Source: Thalia democratica
Lineage: Eukaryota
Length of the DNA stretch: 64,000 nucleotides
Direction of reading: 5' to 3'
Assembly (NCBI GenBank): GCA_965202585.1
Contig: OZ241834.1
Coordinates: forward strand, 248,001 to 312,000
Shown: positions 13,047 to 26,580 of the stretch, piece by piece
Position numbering within the stretch: position 1 is the first letter of the stretch
Layout of the letters: each line of letters starts with the position of its first letter
Made by a program: the position numbers and the translations under genes
The notes under the pieces: model-generated
The model's input: only the letters and a program-made list of their open reading frames with translations
The model's database searches: none
Told to the model about the DNA's origin: nothing

Positions 13047-14884
13047 CCCGCAGATCTCAAACATGTGGCGTGACGTTTAGAATAAAAAGGAAGAATCTCT
13101 CAGTATTCGTTTTGTTAAGTCTTTGGAAAATATAAGTGAGAACACAAAATCGTTGTCACCAATTGTGGTGACCATGTTGTGATACTAAATCAAACAGATA
13201 ACTTTCCTAGCAAGTGGGGGAAAAATGATTGGTGGTTGAAGTGAAGGACTGCCATCAATGTGTTGTCAAGGTTGATAAATCAGGTCGCTTAAGTGTTAGA
13301 AATCGTAAGTTTCTAAGAAGATTTTCCCCTCCTGTTTGCAAAAAGTAGTGTCCCTTATCTGAGAAAAGCAAACATACCACTGTAAAAGTTTGTCTTTTCT
13401 GGTAAAGTTGAGAAAAAGATGTCAAGAAAAGTTTTAATGTTCTGTGTTTCCAGAAGGAAGATTCTTTTTGAATAAGTATTGTGTAATTTCCCTCTGTACT
13501 AATGGCTTTCTTCAAAATTGATGTTGAACTGGAATGGCTTGGACTCGCTAAGATCTATATTTTCTTGACTTATATTTTCTACAGTTAAGCAAACAGACCA
13601 CCAAAGTTTACTTGCGAACAACAATGTGTCCAGGATTAGTTGTGTGAAATTATCAGATTATTTGCAGCGTTTCCGTGTAAGACTTTACGATGCTTTTCAA
13701 AAGCTTCGTGACACCGATGTTGCTGATAAACATTTATTATCAAGTTAAAATGTTCACTATAAAATAATGTTTTATGGTCTAATGAATGAGTTTTAGTCTA
13801 ATAGTGACGTCATAAAGTTTGTAGTTGACTTTGCAGCAGACTTGTCTAACAGCCGTCTGTTAAAAGTGATCTTGGATGAGGACGCAGAGATTAACTTTCA
13901 AAAAGTCTAACTGTTGGTTAGTATCGAGTATTTGGAAAATGTGTGTAGCAGTATTTTCAGTGTTTAATGCTATCAGTAATGCACCTTCTATTTTGTTTGA
14001 AGTCGAAAATATGATAAAGATGTTTATCAGCGAATTAAGTGAAGTTTCAAGGTTAGATGAATGGCGTGTGGTTTCGTTCTTCAAAGTTGAAAAGTTCAAA
14101 TCGGTGAAGCAATTAAGTTATCAAATGCTTGTATTTATTAATGTAAGTAAAACATGTAACACCTATATAAACTGTTAACCTAGTTTAATGAAATATTTAT
14201 ATCATTTTTTATAAAATCCTTAAGTCAAAAATCTATTAGAAAAGTATATACTTAAGTAACTGTAAAAAACACATAAAAAAGTAAACTTATATTAGTTATA
14301 TAAAATGTTTCTTTTTATTATTTAGTATCAAATTTGTAACAAATAAATCAACTCTTCTTTATTTTAAAAGCTTAAGTTATTCTACAAAAATTACAACCAA
14401 GTAAACTTAACCATGGCATATATCTATCTTATAACTTATTTTTTTTAATTTAAACAGCTTTAAAAAATATTAAAGATTTAAAGTATGCACTAAACTTAGT
14501 GCTTAGTTATAAAGAACTTAATTATTTACTTAATCAAAAAACACTTTGATTCTAAAATTCTGCAACATAAACGTTTGTGATCACAGTTTGACTATAGAAG
14601 TGTCCTTGCCACAGATAATCTATACAAAAAAAGCATACAAAAACTGCTTGTTTTTTCAGGGTAGTTATACAATATGTTGTTAGAAAAATTTTGCAGTTAT
14701 ATAAAATATATCTTATTAATTTATGCCAGGTTAAGGCATTGGAAATTAAATGACTTTGTAAGTTTATAGAAAAATTTTGCAATTTTAGTCTTACGAAGGA
14801 TTTTTTACTATTTAAAGGCTTTGGAAAACATGGATTTTTGTAAGTTGATTAGGCAATATTTGGCGTTTTTCAAATTTTGTCAAA

Positions 14885-14955
14885 TTTCCTGACTTTTGTC
14901 ATTTTTTAAGTTTTTCCTGACTTTTGCTGATTTTCCTGACCTTGTAGCAACCCTG
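14885..14955. repeat. Terminal segment of a hAT-type non-autonomous element (TTTCCTGAC subterminal repeats, ...GCAACCCTG end)
   Basis: Three TTTCCTGAC units precede TAGCAACCCTG; a similar GGCAACCCTG end lies at 27244-27253. The partner end was not found. Confidence 0.4.
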
Positions 14956-17900
14956 ACTATACCCTTTCTATCCCCTATTACCCCATAAGCAACCCCTATA
15001 TTAATACAAGCCCACTTTAGCACCCTGATATTTACTTTAAAAATACCATAAAAGATCTAAAAAAGAAAAATAAATGAGTTGAGGAGAAAGAACTAAAACT
15101 CTAGAAAAATTTTTACTGTGCTGAAAACATGTTAATGAGTAAACCTACCATCAACAACATCAGAACCGTCAACAACGAATCGTATTCCCATCCTCAGCGG
15201 GATTTCGTTCGTTCAAAACACACTCATCCAATCTATTAAATATTTCAATATTTAAGTTTTGTACAACAAATATTTCAAGAACAATAAAATAAAACTATCA
15301 TTTTTTGTGCTCCTCTACTTTTACATTTTACTTTACATTTTATATTCAAAATTTGTTGTAAACATTACTTTATATACGCAGTAGGAAAACTTAAAAATTA
15401 GAATAGATAACGAAGCATCTTTATTTGAAACAGTTTTTGGATTGATTAAAAAAGCATCTTAATTAATTAAGTGTTTGAACTACAATGTTTAAAACTTTAA
15501 ACATAATATTTTATGTCACATTTGTTTTCGAATGTACAGAAATGAAACAGAAGGTTCAAAAAATTAGATACGAATTTTTAATTTTAAAGAATACCCAAGA
15601 GTCTGAATAAGCTATTTCAAAACTAAAAATATATTAACAAACAGCACCAAAAAATGTTTACTTAGGTAGCATATCAGGGATCTACAAGTTTTTAAACAAA
15701 CCATATTGTGGATGTTGACTTGAAGCTTATTGTGAAATGCGGACCCGAGAATTTCGGACCTGACACCACCTCTTGAACATTGGATCTTTCATCAGATTGT
15801 TGAGCCAAACAACAGATTCATCAGTCCAACAAGTACTTCTCGCTATTGTCCGAGTCACTGTTTTCCAACAACTCAAATACCTCTGCAAACATCATGTATT
15901 TTTAAGGTTTTTTGAATTTGACATAAATTTGCTTCTATTACTTACGAATTAGAGTTTATGTTTTATAAGTAAATTTAAAAAATAAATATGTTAAAAAAAA
16001 AATTAGGAGTTCGATTAAACTTTGCTTGTATTTTTGGTACATTAAATTTCAACTTTATAATTAATTGATAAAATAAAACCACATAATGTTCAATGTTTTA
16101 ATTCTATAAAAACTAAGATAAATTTACTATTTTCAAAGCTATTTTTCAGTATACTTCTTTCAAATTTGTTATAAGCAAACTAGCTTGATTTAAACAACTG
16201 GAAATAAGAGATTTAGAAAAAAATAACTATGTATAAATTTTTAAGTTGAAAATTTAAAAATTAAAACATGTATAAGTCTAAAAATTTTATGTTTACAAAT
16301 TGACTAAAGGCATAAACTGCGAAATTTATTACTTCTTAAATTTTACATTAGTGATATTTAACAAATTTGAGTTAATTCACCATTATTTCCAAGTTTTTGA
16401 TTGTGATTCCATTATAGACTTTTCTAGTACTAATTTACATCTAAACGAATGTTAAATAAATAAAAAGAAGATAAATATCAATAAAGAAACTTTATATGAA
16501 TTTAAAATACGTTATAAATTTAAGAAATGTTTAGTTCTTTTACAAACAAAACTAACAAAAAGTTTAAACGAATAACTATTAAAGAAGTCTATGAGTAACT
16601 GAAATTTAAATATATGCATTTGCTAATAAAAGTATAAATTATTTAAATTATATTAATGGATGAAACCTTTGAAACCAAAAATATCAGTTATTATGGTAAA
16701 ATAAAAAACAAATCACCATTATATAATATATTTATTTCTTAATCTGAATTTTTTGCTGAAGTTTGTACACATAAAAAAATTTTTTAAACATATCAAAAGT
16801 TTTTTCAGAAAAAAAGCTAAATTTAAAAATATTCAAAATTTATACAGTGAAATACAAACTAAATGACATATAGTAAAATCGTATTTAGTCAAAACATCAA
16901 GTTGAGTAAATTAGTCTACTACAACAACTATAACAAAATAAGAATGCGTATAAGATAAATTTCTTCAAAAAAAAAGTTAGTCAAATTTGCATTAAAAATG
17001 TTTAAAAACCACTTTTAAAGTAGATGTGTAAAATTCTATTTGCTTGAATAACAAAAAGAATAACAGCTTTAATATATTGTTTAGGTTACAATAATTTTAG
17101 TGATCGACTTTTAAATTTATATTAATACCAGATTAACTTATTTAATTTTATTTTCATTAATCTAGTAACAAATTTAGATCAAGTATAATAATATTATAAA
17201 AAGGACTAAGTTTGTAAAAATTTTCAACAACCTGTATATATTATTAACAGTTTATATAAAATGTAAAAGGCATTGACGTTTTTAAACTACACAGATTATA
17301 AAACGACATTTTAAATGGTTATTTTAAACAGCATAATTATTACGCAAATTTACTAAAACAATTATTAATTTAAACAGATTTAGTGCTTTTAATGTATTTA
17401 AAACTAAAGAAAACAAAACTTTTATGAAGTGATGAATAATTTTTAATATTAAAAAAGTATGGTGCTTAATAAGCCTATTTAAAAATTTTAATTAGTAAGG
17501 TTTAACACTTCGTTCAGTTGCTAGAAAACCTATAACAAACATTTCAACGAGCTTCTTTTTAAAGGTTTTTAAACTATTTACACTTCAATTTCAAATCACC
17601 TTAATTGTGAAAAGTATACTCACAATGATTTCAAGAAAATTTTGTTTGAGTTATATATATAAAAATATACTCTATAAAATAGACGCTTTTAAATACGTTT
17701 AAACAAGTTAACAACAACTATTTAATTTACAAATAACTGTTAGTTAAAAAAAAGTTATGTTCAAAGTATAAAATACAAATCAGGACAATAGCTTTACTAT
17801 AATCGTTTTAATTTAAAATTAAAAACTTTAGTAAACAAAACTGAATAGGATAGTTTTAAAAGGTTTTGTTAGAAAGAAATAAAAAGAATATATAAAAAGA

Positions 17901-18080
17901 TTAATTTATTTATTTCGTATTTGAAATTGTTAGCAAAACAAAAAAAAAAAAAAGAATTAAATTAACACAGCATGCTACTACCTAAGCTTAATTGATCTTG
18001 TAAGCAGTCCGGTATAACTTATATGTTTCAGTATAAATTTCAATTAAGAGTTTACAACTATAAGGGTTTATACTGCAAGT

Positions 18081-18514
18081 TTAAACTTTTTTCATGTAAT
18101 GATATTTTTCATGCCTAATCAAGTTATTTTTTCTGTGAGTTTTATAATCACAATGACTGCAAGAAAATTTTGGTTCATAATGAAATACCATGTGTCGAGT
18201 TAAATGATCTTTTGTTTTGAAAAATCTACCTTTTGGACAAATAGAACATTTAAAAGATTTAACATCACTGTGAGTAGTTTGATGAACTTTTAGGTTACCT
18301 TTTACAGAAAATTTCTTATCACAAATTTGGCAAGCAAAAGGTTTTTCCCCTGTATGACTTCTATAATGGATTGTTAAATGATAATTACTGACAAATAACT
18401 TCCAGCATACATCACATTCGAATGCTCTCGATTTGTCATGAACTTTCATGTGTCGATTAAGAGTTTTATTGCTTGAGTATCTTCTATTGCAAATGTGACA
18501 ACTGAATGGCTTTT
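18081..18514 (-). CDS. Terminal exon of a C2H2 zinc-finger protein gene (five fingers)
   Basis: The ORF extends upstream of the listed ATG as [26 protein letters not shown]. An in-frame stop lies just upstream and an AG acceptor sits at 18515-18516. Fingers are CHIC, CDVC, CQIC, CSIC and CSHC, with a TGEKPF linker; stop at 18081. Upstream exons were not identified. Confidence 0.85.
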
Positions 18515-20240
18515 CTGTTATTTTTGATTAAAAAAAACTTATTTTAATCTATTTTTGTAAATTTCGAAAAAAAAAAAATTTAGATTTTTACTAAAAGTTT
18601 ATTGTTAAGTATGGTTTTTAGTAAAAATTATACACAAAAAACTCTTTTAAATATCTTAAAATATAATTTTGCTATGTTTCATTTTAGTAATTTTAAAATC
18701 ATATGTCTACAAAAAAAAGTTTGATTGATAAGATTTTGATAAGTTATTATGACATTACTTAATAATTATTAATCATTATCATTGTACGTAGATGCTAACA
18801 TGAAAAAAACTGTAAGTTACTTCAAAACATAATTATAAAACATGTTATTACTCATAAGACTAAATAAAATAAGAAACTTCTATCATATCATTTTAAAGTT
18901 TTAAATGTTTAGACTTAATTATCCAAATTTAATACAAAATTTTGTTTAGAAAAAGGATTTGGTTTAAAATATATTACTTAAGGTTAGTACTTATTCAAAT
19001 AATTTGTATTGCAAAATGTTATATATGAATTTACGAACCTTTATATGTTATAAGTGACTGACCTATGAACTCCATTATGATAATAAATTTTGAGTTTACT
19101 ATTATTTATAACAAATCTCTAAAAGTATACAAATTATTGTAAATTCAAACAAGAAATGAAAAGTATTTACCACGAAACAAACTATTTACAAATATATTAT
19201 TATTAATATATTTAGATATTTTGCTAACATCGTACTTGTGCAGTTAAATATTATTTTTAATCAAATCTAAAATTATTTTAATACAAATATTAAACTGAAA
19301 TAACAAATCACACAATTTTTTTCTATAGTTATATAGCTTAGGTGTTTATTATTAGATAATAGCTCAAGTGTTTGTACTGCTATATTTTGTAAATCTTAGG
19401 AAAATCTATTACTTAACATATTATAGTAACCTAACAAAAACTTCAAACAATTTTTTTTATTCTTATACTGAATGTATTTACTTTTTTTTAGTTTGTGAAG
19501 ACTAAATTATACACAAATATTAAAATATAGTGAAAAAAAACTATACACAATAACAAAAGTATATATACCAACTATTGTTTAATGTTGAAAACTTGTACTA
19601 AAGAAGAATACTTTTAAAGAAGTATATAAATTTTTAAACATATAGTATATAAATAGTATTCTAAGCAGTTCGCTTAATTTTGTTCTTGTAATACTTGTTC
19701 TAAAGAGAATAATTTTTATATGATTTCTATGAAATTACAAGTAAAATTTTAATTTTTACAATACTTGAAATAAATTAACTTATACCATGTGCTGTGGTAA
19801 AGAATGTAGAAAATTTTTTTTGATAATAACAAAATAAATATAAATTTTTAATATTTTATAAAAAAAAAGAAAAAACTTTAAAACTTTAGATAACCTGTAA
19901 AAAATAATAAAAAAATAGAAAGAAGTTAAAGTTTACATAAACTGAACAATAAGTGTACAGTTTAAAAACTACACTAAGGTCGTTTTCTGTTTTTAAACAA
20001 TTTATTTTTAGTGAACAAAACTCTAAGAAATCTGTATCTAAAACCTTGTAAAAACATAATAGAACAATAATCAGTGACTTTGAAATATTTAAGTTAGTGT
20101 TTTACATTGTAAAATAAACCTATTTTGAATAATAAATTAAGAATATACAAAGATGTTAAAAACTAGTTAACTTGAAATTGTTAAATGTTACTATAAGTTT
20201 CAGTATAAATTTCAGTTCAGTTGCTTACAACTACAAGAAA

Positions 20241-20580
20241 ATATTCTTCAGACTTAAATACTTTTCTTTTCATGAGTTTGAGAATTCTTAAATGACCTTA
20301 TGTGTAAGTTTTATAATCACAACGATAACAAGAAAATTTTGATTCATAATTATAAACCATGTGTTGATTTAATTCTTGTTTTGTTTTGAAAAATCTACCT
20401 TCTGGGAAATAGAACATTTAATATTTCTAACATCACTGTGAGTAGATTGATGTTGAACTAAGGATGTTTTCGATCAAACTTTTTATCACAAACTTTACAA
20501 GCAAGTGTCACATTTAATTGCTTGATTCCTCATGAATTTGATTGACACCATGTTTGTTAATTTGACCATTAAACTGTTCT
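20241..20580 (-). pseudogene. Decayed tandem paralogue of the C2H2 zinc-finger exon
   Basis: The minus strand gives ACKVCDKKF, QHQSTHSDVRNIKCSI, EGRFFKTKQELNQHMVYNYESKFSCYRCDYKT, with frameshifts and stops. The 3' flank TTTCAGTATAAATTTCA is shared with ~18026-18042. Confidence 0.85.
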
Positions 20581-21211
20581 TCTGTTAATGTTGTATAATA
20601 AAATTTCGTCTAGGTATAATTGTATGTGTAAAATACAAACAAAACAATCTGAAAAATAAAACTTAGGTTCAAAATTTATCACACAAGAACTTTAATAGTT
20701 TTAGCTAAACTAAAATATCAAAAATATTTTATAATCTTAAAAAGATTTTAACACATTACATTAATACATTAATTAAAAAACTAGGTGTTAGGAAACTTGT
20801 TTAAAAAGTTAGTGTAAAAAAACAAAAATAATCAGATAGAATTATTTTATAATACTTTAACCTTTTGATTAAACTACTTTACATATTGAGAAATAACAAT
20901 TTCATGTGAGCTATTTTCTTCAGTTTCTACTTTGTTTAAGACTGTTTTTGATTTTTAAGTGTTAGAAGAATCTAATGTATAAAGGATATGTAAGATTTAA
21001 AAAAAAAAGTATCTCTTACATCGTAAACTGATTCTTAAGAATGAGTGTATGAATTTACAGATTATAATACTAATTTAGTTGTAGTTCAAAATGCAAATTC
21101 AATACTCTAATTTTGAAAAAAAAATGCTTATATTAATCTAAAAGATTAATTGAACTCATAGTTATAAATATTGTGGCAGTTAATGAATACTTAAATTCTA
21201 TATACACTTTT

Positions 21212-21680
21212 GGGTATCTATCAAACTTGCACGAGCGTAAAAAATTGCACAAGGGGACAAAATTGCATGAGGGCACAAAAATGCACAAAGACACTTTTGC
21301 ACAAAGAAAGTTTTGCACAAGCAGACTATTTTGCACAGGTTGATGTTTTTTTTTCTACTAACACTGTTACCCCTAACCCTTACCCACGATCAGGATTTTT
21401 TTTTCACTGCTACTCCTAACCCTTACCCTTGGTCGGTAACTTTTTTTAAATTATCACTGTTACCCCTAACAGTCGATCAGTAATTTTTTTTCGTTTTGTT
21501 TTTTATTTATTTATCTTTAAGATTTTTTAATCAATGTTTTTTTTCTGTTTTTTTTTAATCTTTAGCAAAAGTGTAGCTCGTGCGAAATTGACCATTGGCG
21601 CAACTTTGTCTTCGTGCAAAAGTATCTTTGTGCAACTTTTTTCTCATGCAATTAAGTCCCCTGGTGCAATTTTGACCCGC
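21212..21680. mobile_element. Foldback/MITE-like non-autonomous element with modular TIRs (tandem TTGCAC units) and central CCCTAACCC motifs
   Basis: Left arm repeats AATTGCACAAGGGGAC/TTTTGCACAA; right arm has the inverse TGTGCAA/CGTGCAAAAG and ends TGCAATTTTGACCC; the centre has three TACCCCTAAC/CCTAACCC units. The same family flanks the ERV (33287-33983 and 47668-47874). Confidence 0.75.
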
Positions 21681-22872
21681 TCGCATAGTTTTAGTATGAG
21701 CGGGTATTAGTATTTGAAGTAGAAGGCTTATTTACAGGTTCAAAATTAGCAGATGAAATTTTAAAACCTAATTTTGAACTTAATTTACTTCATTGTTGAT
21801 TTTATTCTTCTTATTTTTTTGATAAAAAAAGAAAAAAGTAAATTTTTATCAAAACTTACCTATATAAATAATTATTTAACCATTTGAATAAGCTGTTGAA
21901 ACATACTTTAAAAGAATTCTTTGCAAGACTTTTTCTAATAACTTGATTTTGTTAGTGATATTTTTATTCGAAATAATTAGTTGTTTCATATTAATTTCTA
22001 TTTTTCTAATTAAATTTTGAAATTAGCTTTTTCAGATTGTAACTTTTAAATACTAACTTCAAATTATTCAGTAGTAAATTTGTTTTTTTGACCCATCTAA
22101 AACAATAATAGCTTTAAATTTTTTGTTAGCAAATGATATGTTATTAACCTTATTTAAAATTTGGTTAGTTTTAAAATTATAATAGAAACACTAAAATATA
22201 AAATTTGTGATTATTGTATACATAGTTAAGTTATAAGTTTTTTAAGTTTAAATGCTGTCAATTTATGTTAACTTTAGGTTCAAAATTTTATATATTTACA
22301 CTAAAGTTAAAGCTTATGACAACTAAACATAAATCTGAAATACTTTTATACATTTATTCGTTTTACCTATTTAACTAATATGGATTAATTCCCATTGAAA
22401 AACAAGTTATTCGAAAACGTAAAATATTTGAACTCTTTTTATGGCTATAAAAATTTCCTTTATGACTCAGGGTAGTTTTAAGGCATTTTTAGGGAATTTA
22501 TATCTAAACAAAACTTTAATTTAGTTTTTTTTTTTCAAATTAAATTAATTAGTCATTAGAGAAGCAAAAACAAAATACAGGGTTAACACTTTATCTAAGG
22601 TTTTTGTAAGCAAAGTTTTGAATAACATTTTTGTTATTTTTTAAAAAAAAAACCAACTGTAGAGAATAAAAACAAAACTTTAAAGACTTGACTTATCAAA
22701 CAACTATTTTTTTTTATTAAAAATATACTTTACCTCATAAAACGGTGAAAGATTAGTTTAACAAGTTTGAATTTTAGGTATTTTTCTGAGCTTTTGCAAA
22801 TCAAGTTTTGACAAAAAGTTTATAGTAATTTCAAACTTAAAAATGACAAACACTTGTTGCCTTAGCTTATAT

Positions 22873-23048
22873 CAGGGTTTCTAAACTGGACCATAATTTG
22901 AAACTTACACTAGATATTCTGGAGTTCATGGTAAAGAGTAAAAAAAAAGGTCTTAGCCAGTTTTAAAGGTAGTTTTTGAGAAATCTTGTTAGAGGGAGCC
23001 TTTTTTTTTTCTTTAAAGGGGCCTCTTGAATAAAAATGGGGAACCCTG
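22873..23048. mobile_element. 176-bp hAT-type MITE
   Basis: TIRs CAGGGTTTC / GAACCCTG; degenerate 8-bp TSD GCTTATAT / GCTTAGAG (6 of 8 identical). Confidence 0.65.
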
Positions 23049-23447
23049 GCTTAGAGCTTAGATAACTTCTCAAGTAGTTGAAGCAAAAAAATAACAAAAA
23101 ACATGTTCCATCCAATTATGTAAAACATTTTAGTTTCAGTTCAACAAAACAAATTTTTAAAGTCAATTTAAATTCATTTACAGCTGTGCTGTTTTTTAAA
23201 AATTTTCTTAAAGTCTATATTGCTAATAAAAAAGTATTTATTTGTAATAATGTGGCTGTAGTTATACTACTTAAAGCTGTAGGTATAACCTCACCTTAAA
23301 AATATTGTTGAAAGATATTATCAAACTAAACAAAAGTTAAAAGTAGCAGGTTTTAAAAAGATGTTTTTCGTTTAAAATATGTGTATTTGCATCAAAGTAT
23401 ATATTTTTATTATACTAAATTCTAAAATATATATACCTACAATTGTC

Positions 23448-23544
23448 TAGTGATCTACCAAATCCAAGATCCAGATCCAAATTAAGATCTTTAAATTGAA
23501 AGGATTTTTATTTGAAAACAAGATCTGGATCCAGTAGATCACTG
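23448..23544. mobile_element. ~97-bp MITE-like element
   Basis: Inverted ends AGTGATCTAC / GTAGATCACT with GATCCAGATC subterminal motifs; no TSD recognised. Confidence 0.45.
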
Positions 23545-24626
23545 AATTTACTTAATTTGTGTAATATTCCTGATTTTATACACTTTTTATTTATACTGGT
23601 TACAAATATGTTGAGCGTCAGGTCCAGAGTCCCTTATTAGTTGACAACAAAATATTTAATGATTTTGTGTTTTACAGATTTAAAATAGGGAAATTTATAA
23701 TATTTACTATATAATATTAACTTATATCATGAACCATTTTAACATTGGACATCATATCTGCAAAGTTTTACTTTTGTATAAAAATATGTTTGTATAAGAA
23801 GTCAAATGTTACAAGGTTATACTTTAAAAATTGTTATTTTAGGGTAAAGTTCAAGCTGTTGTAAATTTTAAAATCATAATTTATGACCAAATAGATTAGA
23901 CATCACGTCTTAATGATTTTGTAAGGCTCAAAAGTATTAACTAGTATAAATGCTTCTTTATACAAAAAAATTGCAGACATGTTGTTCAGTAGTGTACAAC
24001 TATAAAAATTTATTTTACTGTGGTTCTAACTTTTATATTTTGGACATAACAATCAAAATTTGCCATTGGTTTTTTAGAATTTTTTCCTGGTTTTCTTATT
24101 TTCTTCCAGGTTTTTGAAAATACAAGTTTTTTGTCAACTTTTAGTAGAAAGTTTAAGTTTAAGGTTTAAAACTATAATTAATAGTATAAAGTTACTATAA
24201 AAAGCTGTAATGTTACTATGTAAGTATTTTACTATTATTATATTGTTTATAGTGCAATGTTGGATTCAAGCATCAACCCCTAAGCAATTTAAACAGGACT
24301 CACAAAAGATAAAATAAAAATAAAAATGATATTATTCATATTAAATATTTCAAAAAAAAAATATACACAACTAAAATTTAAATTGAAAAAGAACTAAATC
24401 AAAAGATCTGTAGGGAGGCACAGTAAAATAAAAACAATCAAACAAACAGTAAAATAATGTAAATAGAGAAAGAAAAAAAAAGAATCGGTAGATGATTTGG
24501 ATGAACTAAACTTTTTATAAGTTACTTTTATTTTAATTTATTTTTAAATAAAAATAAATTAAATTTTAAAGATATTAATAGTATTTAAATGAACTGTTTT
24601 TAGTTTTAAACAAAAACATCCTCCCA

Positions 24627-24780
24627 CAAGATACCACATTCTGTAGTAATTCTGTGGTAAAATCAGTGGCAAAAGAGTATTTTTACACAGAACAAAGACT
24701 ATTTGGAACAAATTACCAGAGAATGTGGTATCTTGTTCCAAATAGTCTTTGTTCTGTACAAAAATACTCTTTTGCACTGA
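24627..24780. repeat. Interlocked inverted repeats (48-bp hairpin whose loop has an inverted copy upstream)
   Basis: 24663-24711 pairs with 24733-24780 (one indel, two mismatches); 24627-24651 is the reverse complement of 24711-24735 (about 2-3 mismatches). Confidence 0.8.
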
Positions 24781-26580
24781 CTGTATATGTGTTATTTTGA
24801 CATCATTTCCTCTTAAATCATAACTATTCTAGGAAACACTGAAAACCTGTTTGAAAAAACCTTATATTTATCATTAATAATTTCATAAAAAGATAATGTG
24901 TCAAATTCCAAAATACTTTATTATAGAGATTTCAAGCGAAGTTTACATAATCTACCATTATATGATTTATTGGATATTTTACAACCATTACATACTAAAT
25001 GGGTAAAATTTCTTTCTACAGACTCAATTATTTATAGTAAAATAAATTTTGTACCACAGATAATATTTTGTGTATAAGAGTTATTTCTTATCTAATCTTA
25101 ACATCATAAATTTATATGTAAAATTTATACAAATTTTAGGTTTTTTTAAATATTTTAACAAAAACTCTAAAACTTTTCAAGGTTATTTTTGCCTAAATAT
25201 TTAATAGAAAGGTTATTCGAGATTTGTAAACAATTGCTAGTTAAAAAACTGCAAGTTTATAATCTGTACCTTAAAATAATAAATTTAAGAACTGTTTTTT
25301 TCAAAATACTACCTACTACCATTTGACATCTAATAAAAATACTTTTTAATGTAATCAACTAAAACATTGCAAACATGATATACAATATACAAATATAGTG
25401 ATACTTTCTTTATTTTTTTAACTTATGTATTGTTGTATTTATAAACAATAAACTTTAAGTTTTACCTTACAATAAAACGCATAGTTGCTTACAAAATTAA
25501 AGCTGGGAAAACATAGCCCAAAAGAAAAGAAGTTTGAACATCAGAACTGCAAAGTTTTAATTGTTTGTGTAATGAATTTTTCATCTTAGAAGTTAAATTG
25601 TATAAGCCTTAAAAATTGTAGCTTAAAATTAAAAGCAAAAGATACACCAATAAATTTAACAGAATATCATACAAATTTATGGACATGTTTAAAAGTATAT
25701 TGTGCTTATACAGGTTTACACTTATACAAAAAAATCGCTATAAACCCTCCAGTTTTTTTATCACTAAGTTGATAATAGGATTTTTGTGATTACAGAGGCT
25801 CCATGCAATAGGTAGTCATGGTAAGGTTTCAACTCTTTGAGTCAAAAAATGGACCAGAAACTTCCCTGAGTTTAACTGAGTTTTTTTTTCAAATCCTTAT
25901 AAAATATTTTGCTTCTGGAATAAATTACTAATACCTCATGCTCATTTTTCTTCTTTAATAACAAAAAGAAGGTTGTATGTGCATGCTTCTGAATTAGATG
26001 CTTACCAAACTTATAAAAAAATATGTTATCAAGGCTAAAGATTAAATCAATTGAGATTAAAAAACAAAATTTGTGCAAAATTTTGTGTTAAATTTTTAGT
26101 TAACTTTATACACAATAGATTTTTTTTTTTGACATTTTAATTGACAATTTTTAACTTCCTTATAGTCTATATTAATAACTTCCACATGAAGTACACTCAC
26201 TTTAATACATATATAATAACTATAATAATGGTTTTCCTAGCAACTTTTCTTAATTCAGTTAACAAAATTTAAAAGCTTAACATTACTGTAAAAAAAAAAG
26301 TTTAAAGAACTAACTAAAGAAATACCTCATATCAAAGTACAACTTTATACCTAACAACTGATACAATATAATCTAAAAGTAAAAAGTTTATTTTTTTAAT
26401 GGGTTTCAGATGTTTATACACAATCTATTTTGAATAACTAAAAACATAATTGTGATCTAAAAATAAATTCACATTACCTAATAAAAAATATATTGTCTAA
26501 TATAATTTTCTTAATATTCACAACTTTTTTTTAGGTAAGCAATTTTAGAATTAGTATTATTAATTTCATTTTCAAATTTA

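Larger units (their letters stand above)
11323..13440 (+). mobile_element. Internally deleted Ty3/gypsy LTR retrotransposon, family B copy 1 (5' LTR, gag, integrase; PR-RT-RH missing, no 3' LTR seen)
   Basis: The LTR is homologous to 62416-62519. The gag MPVIKCPLDSCTYETPDVDAS is homologous to 58044-58421. Integrase (CDYFQFTGWYY, ISADGVPEF, SNGRAKLAIK) is homologous to 60957-61631. Gag is joined to IN near 12520. Confidence 0.9.

Noticed and set aside
21360-21480. Interstitial telomere array
   Set aside because: Only isolated CCCTAA units within a repeat family core, not tandem (TTAGGG)n.
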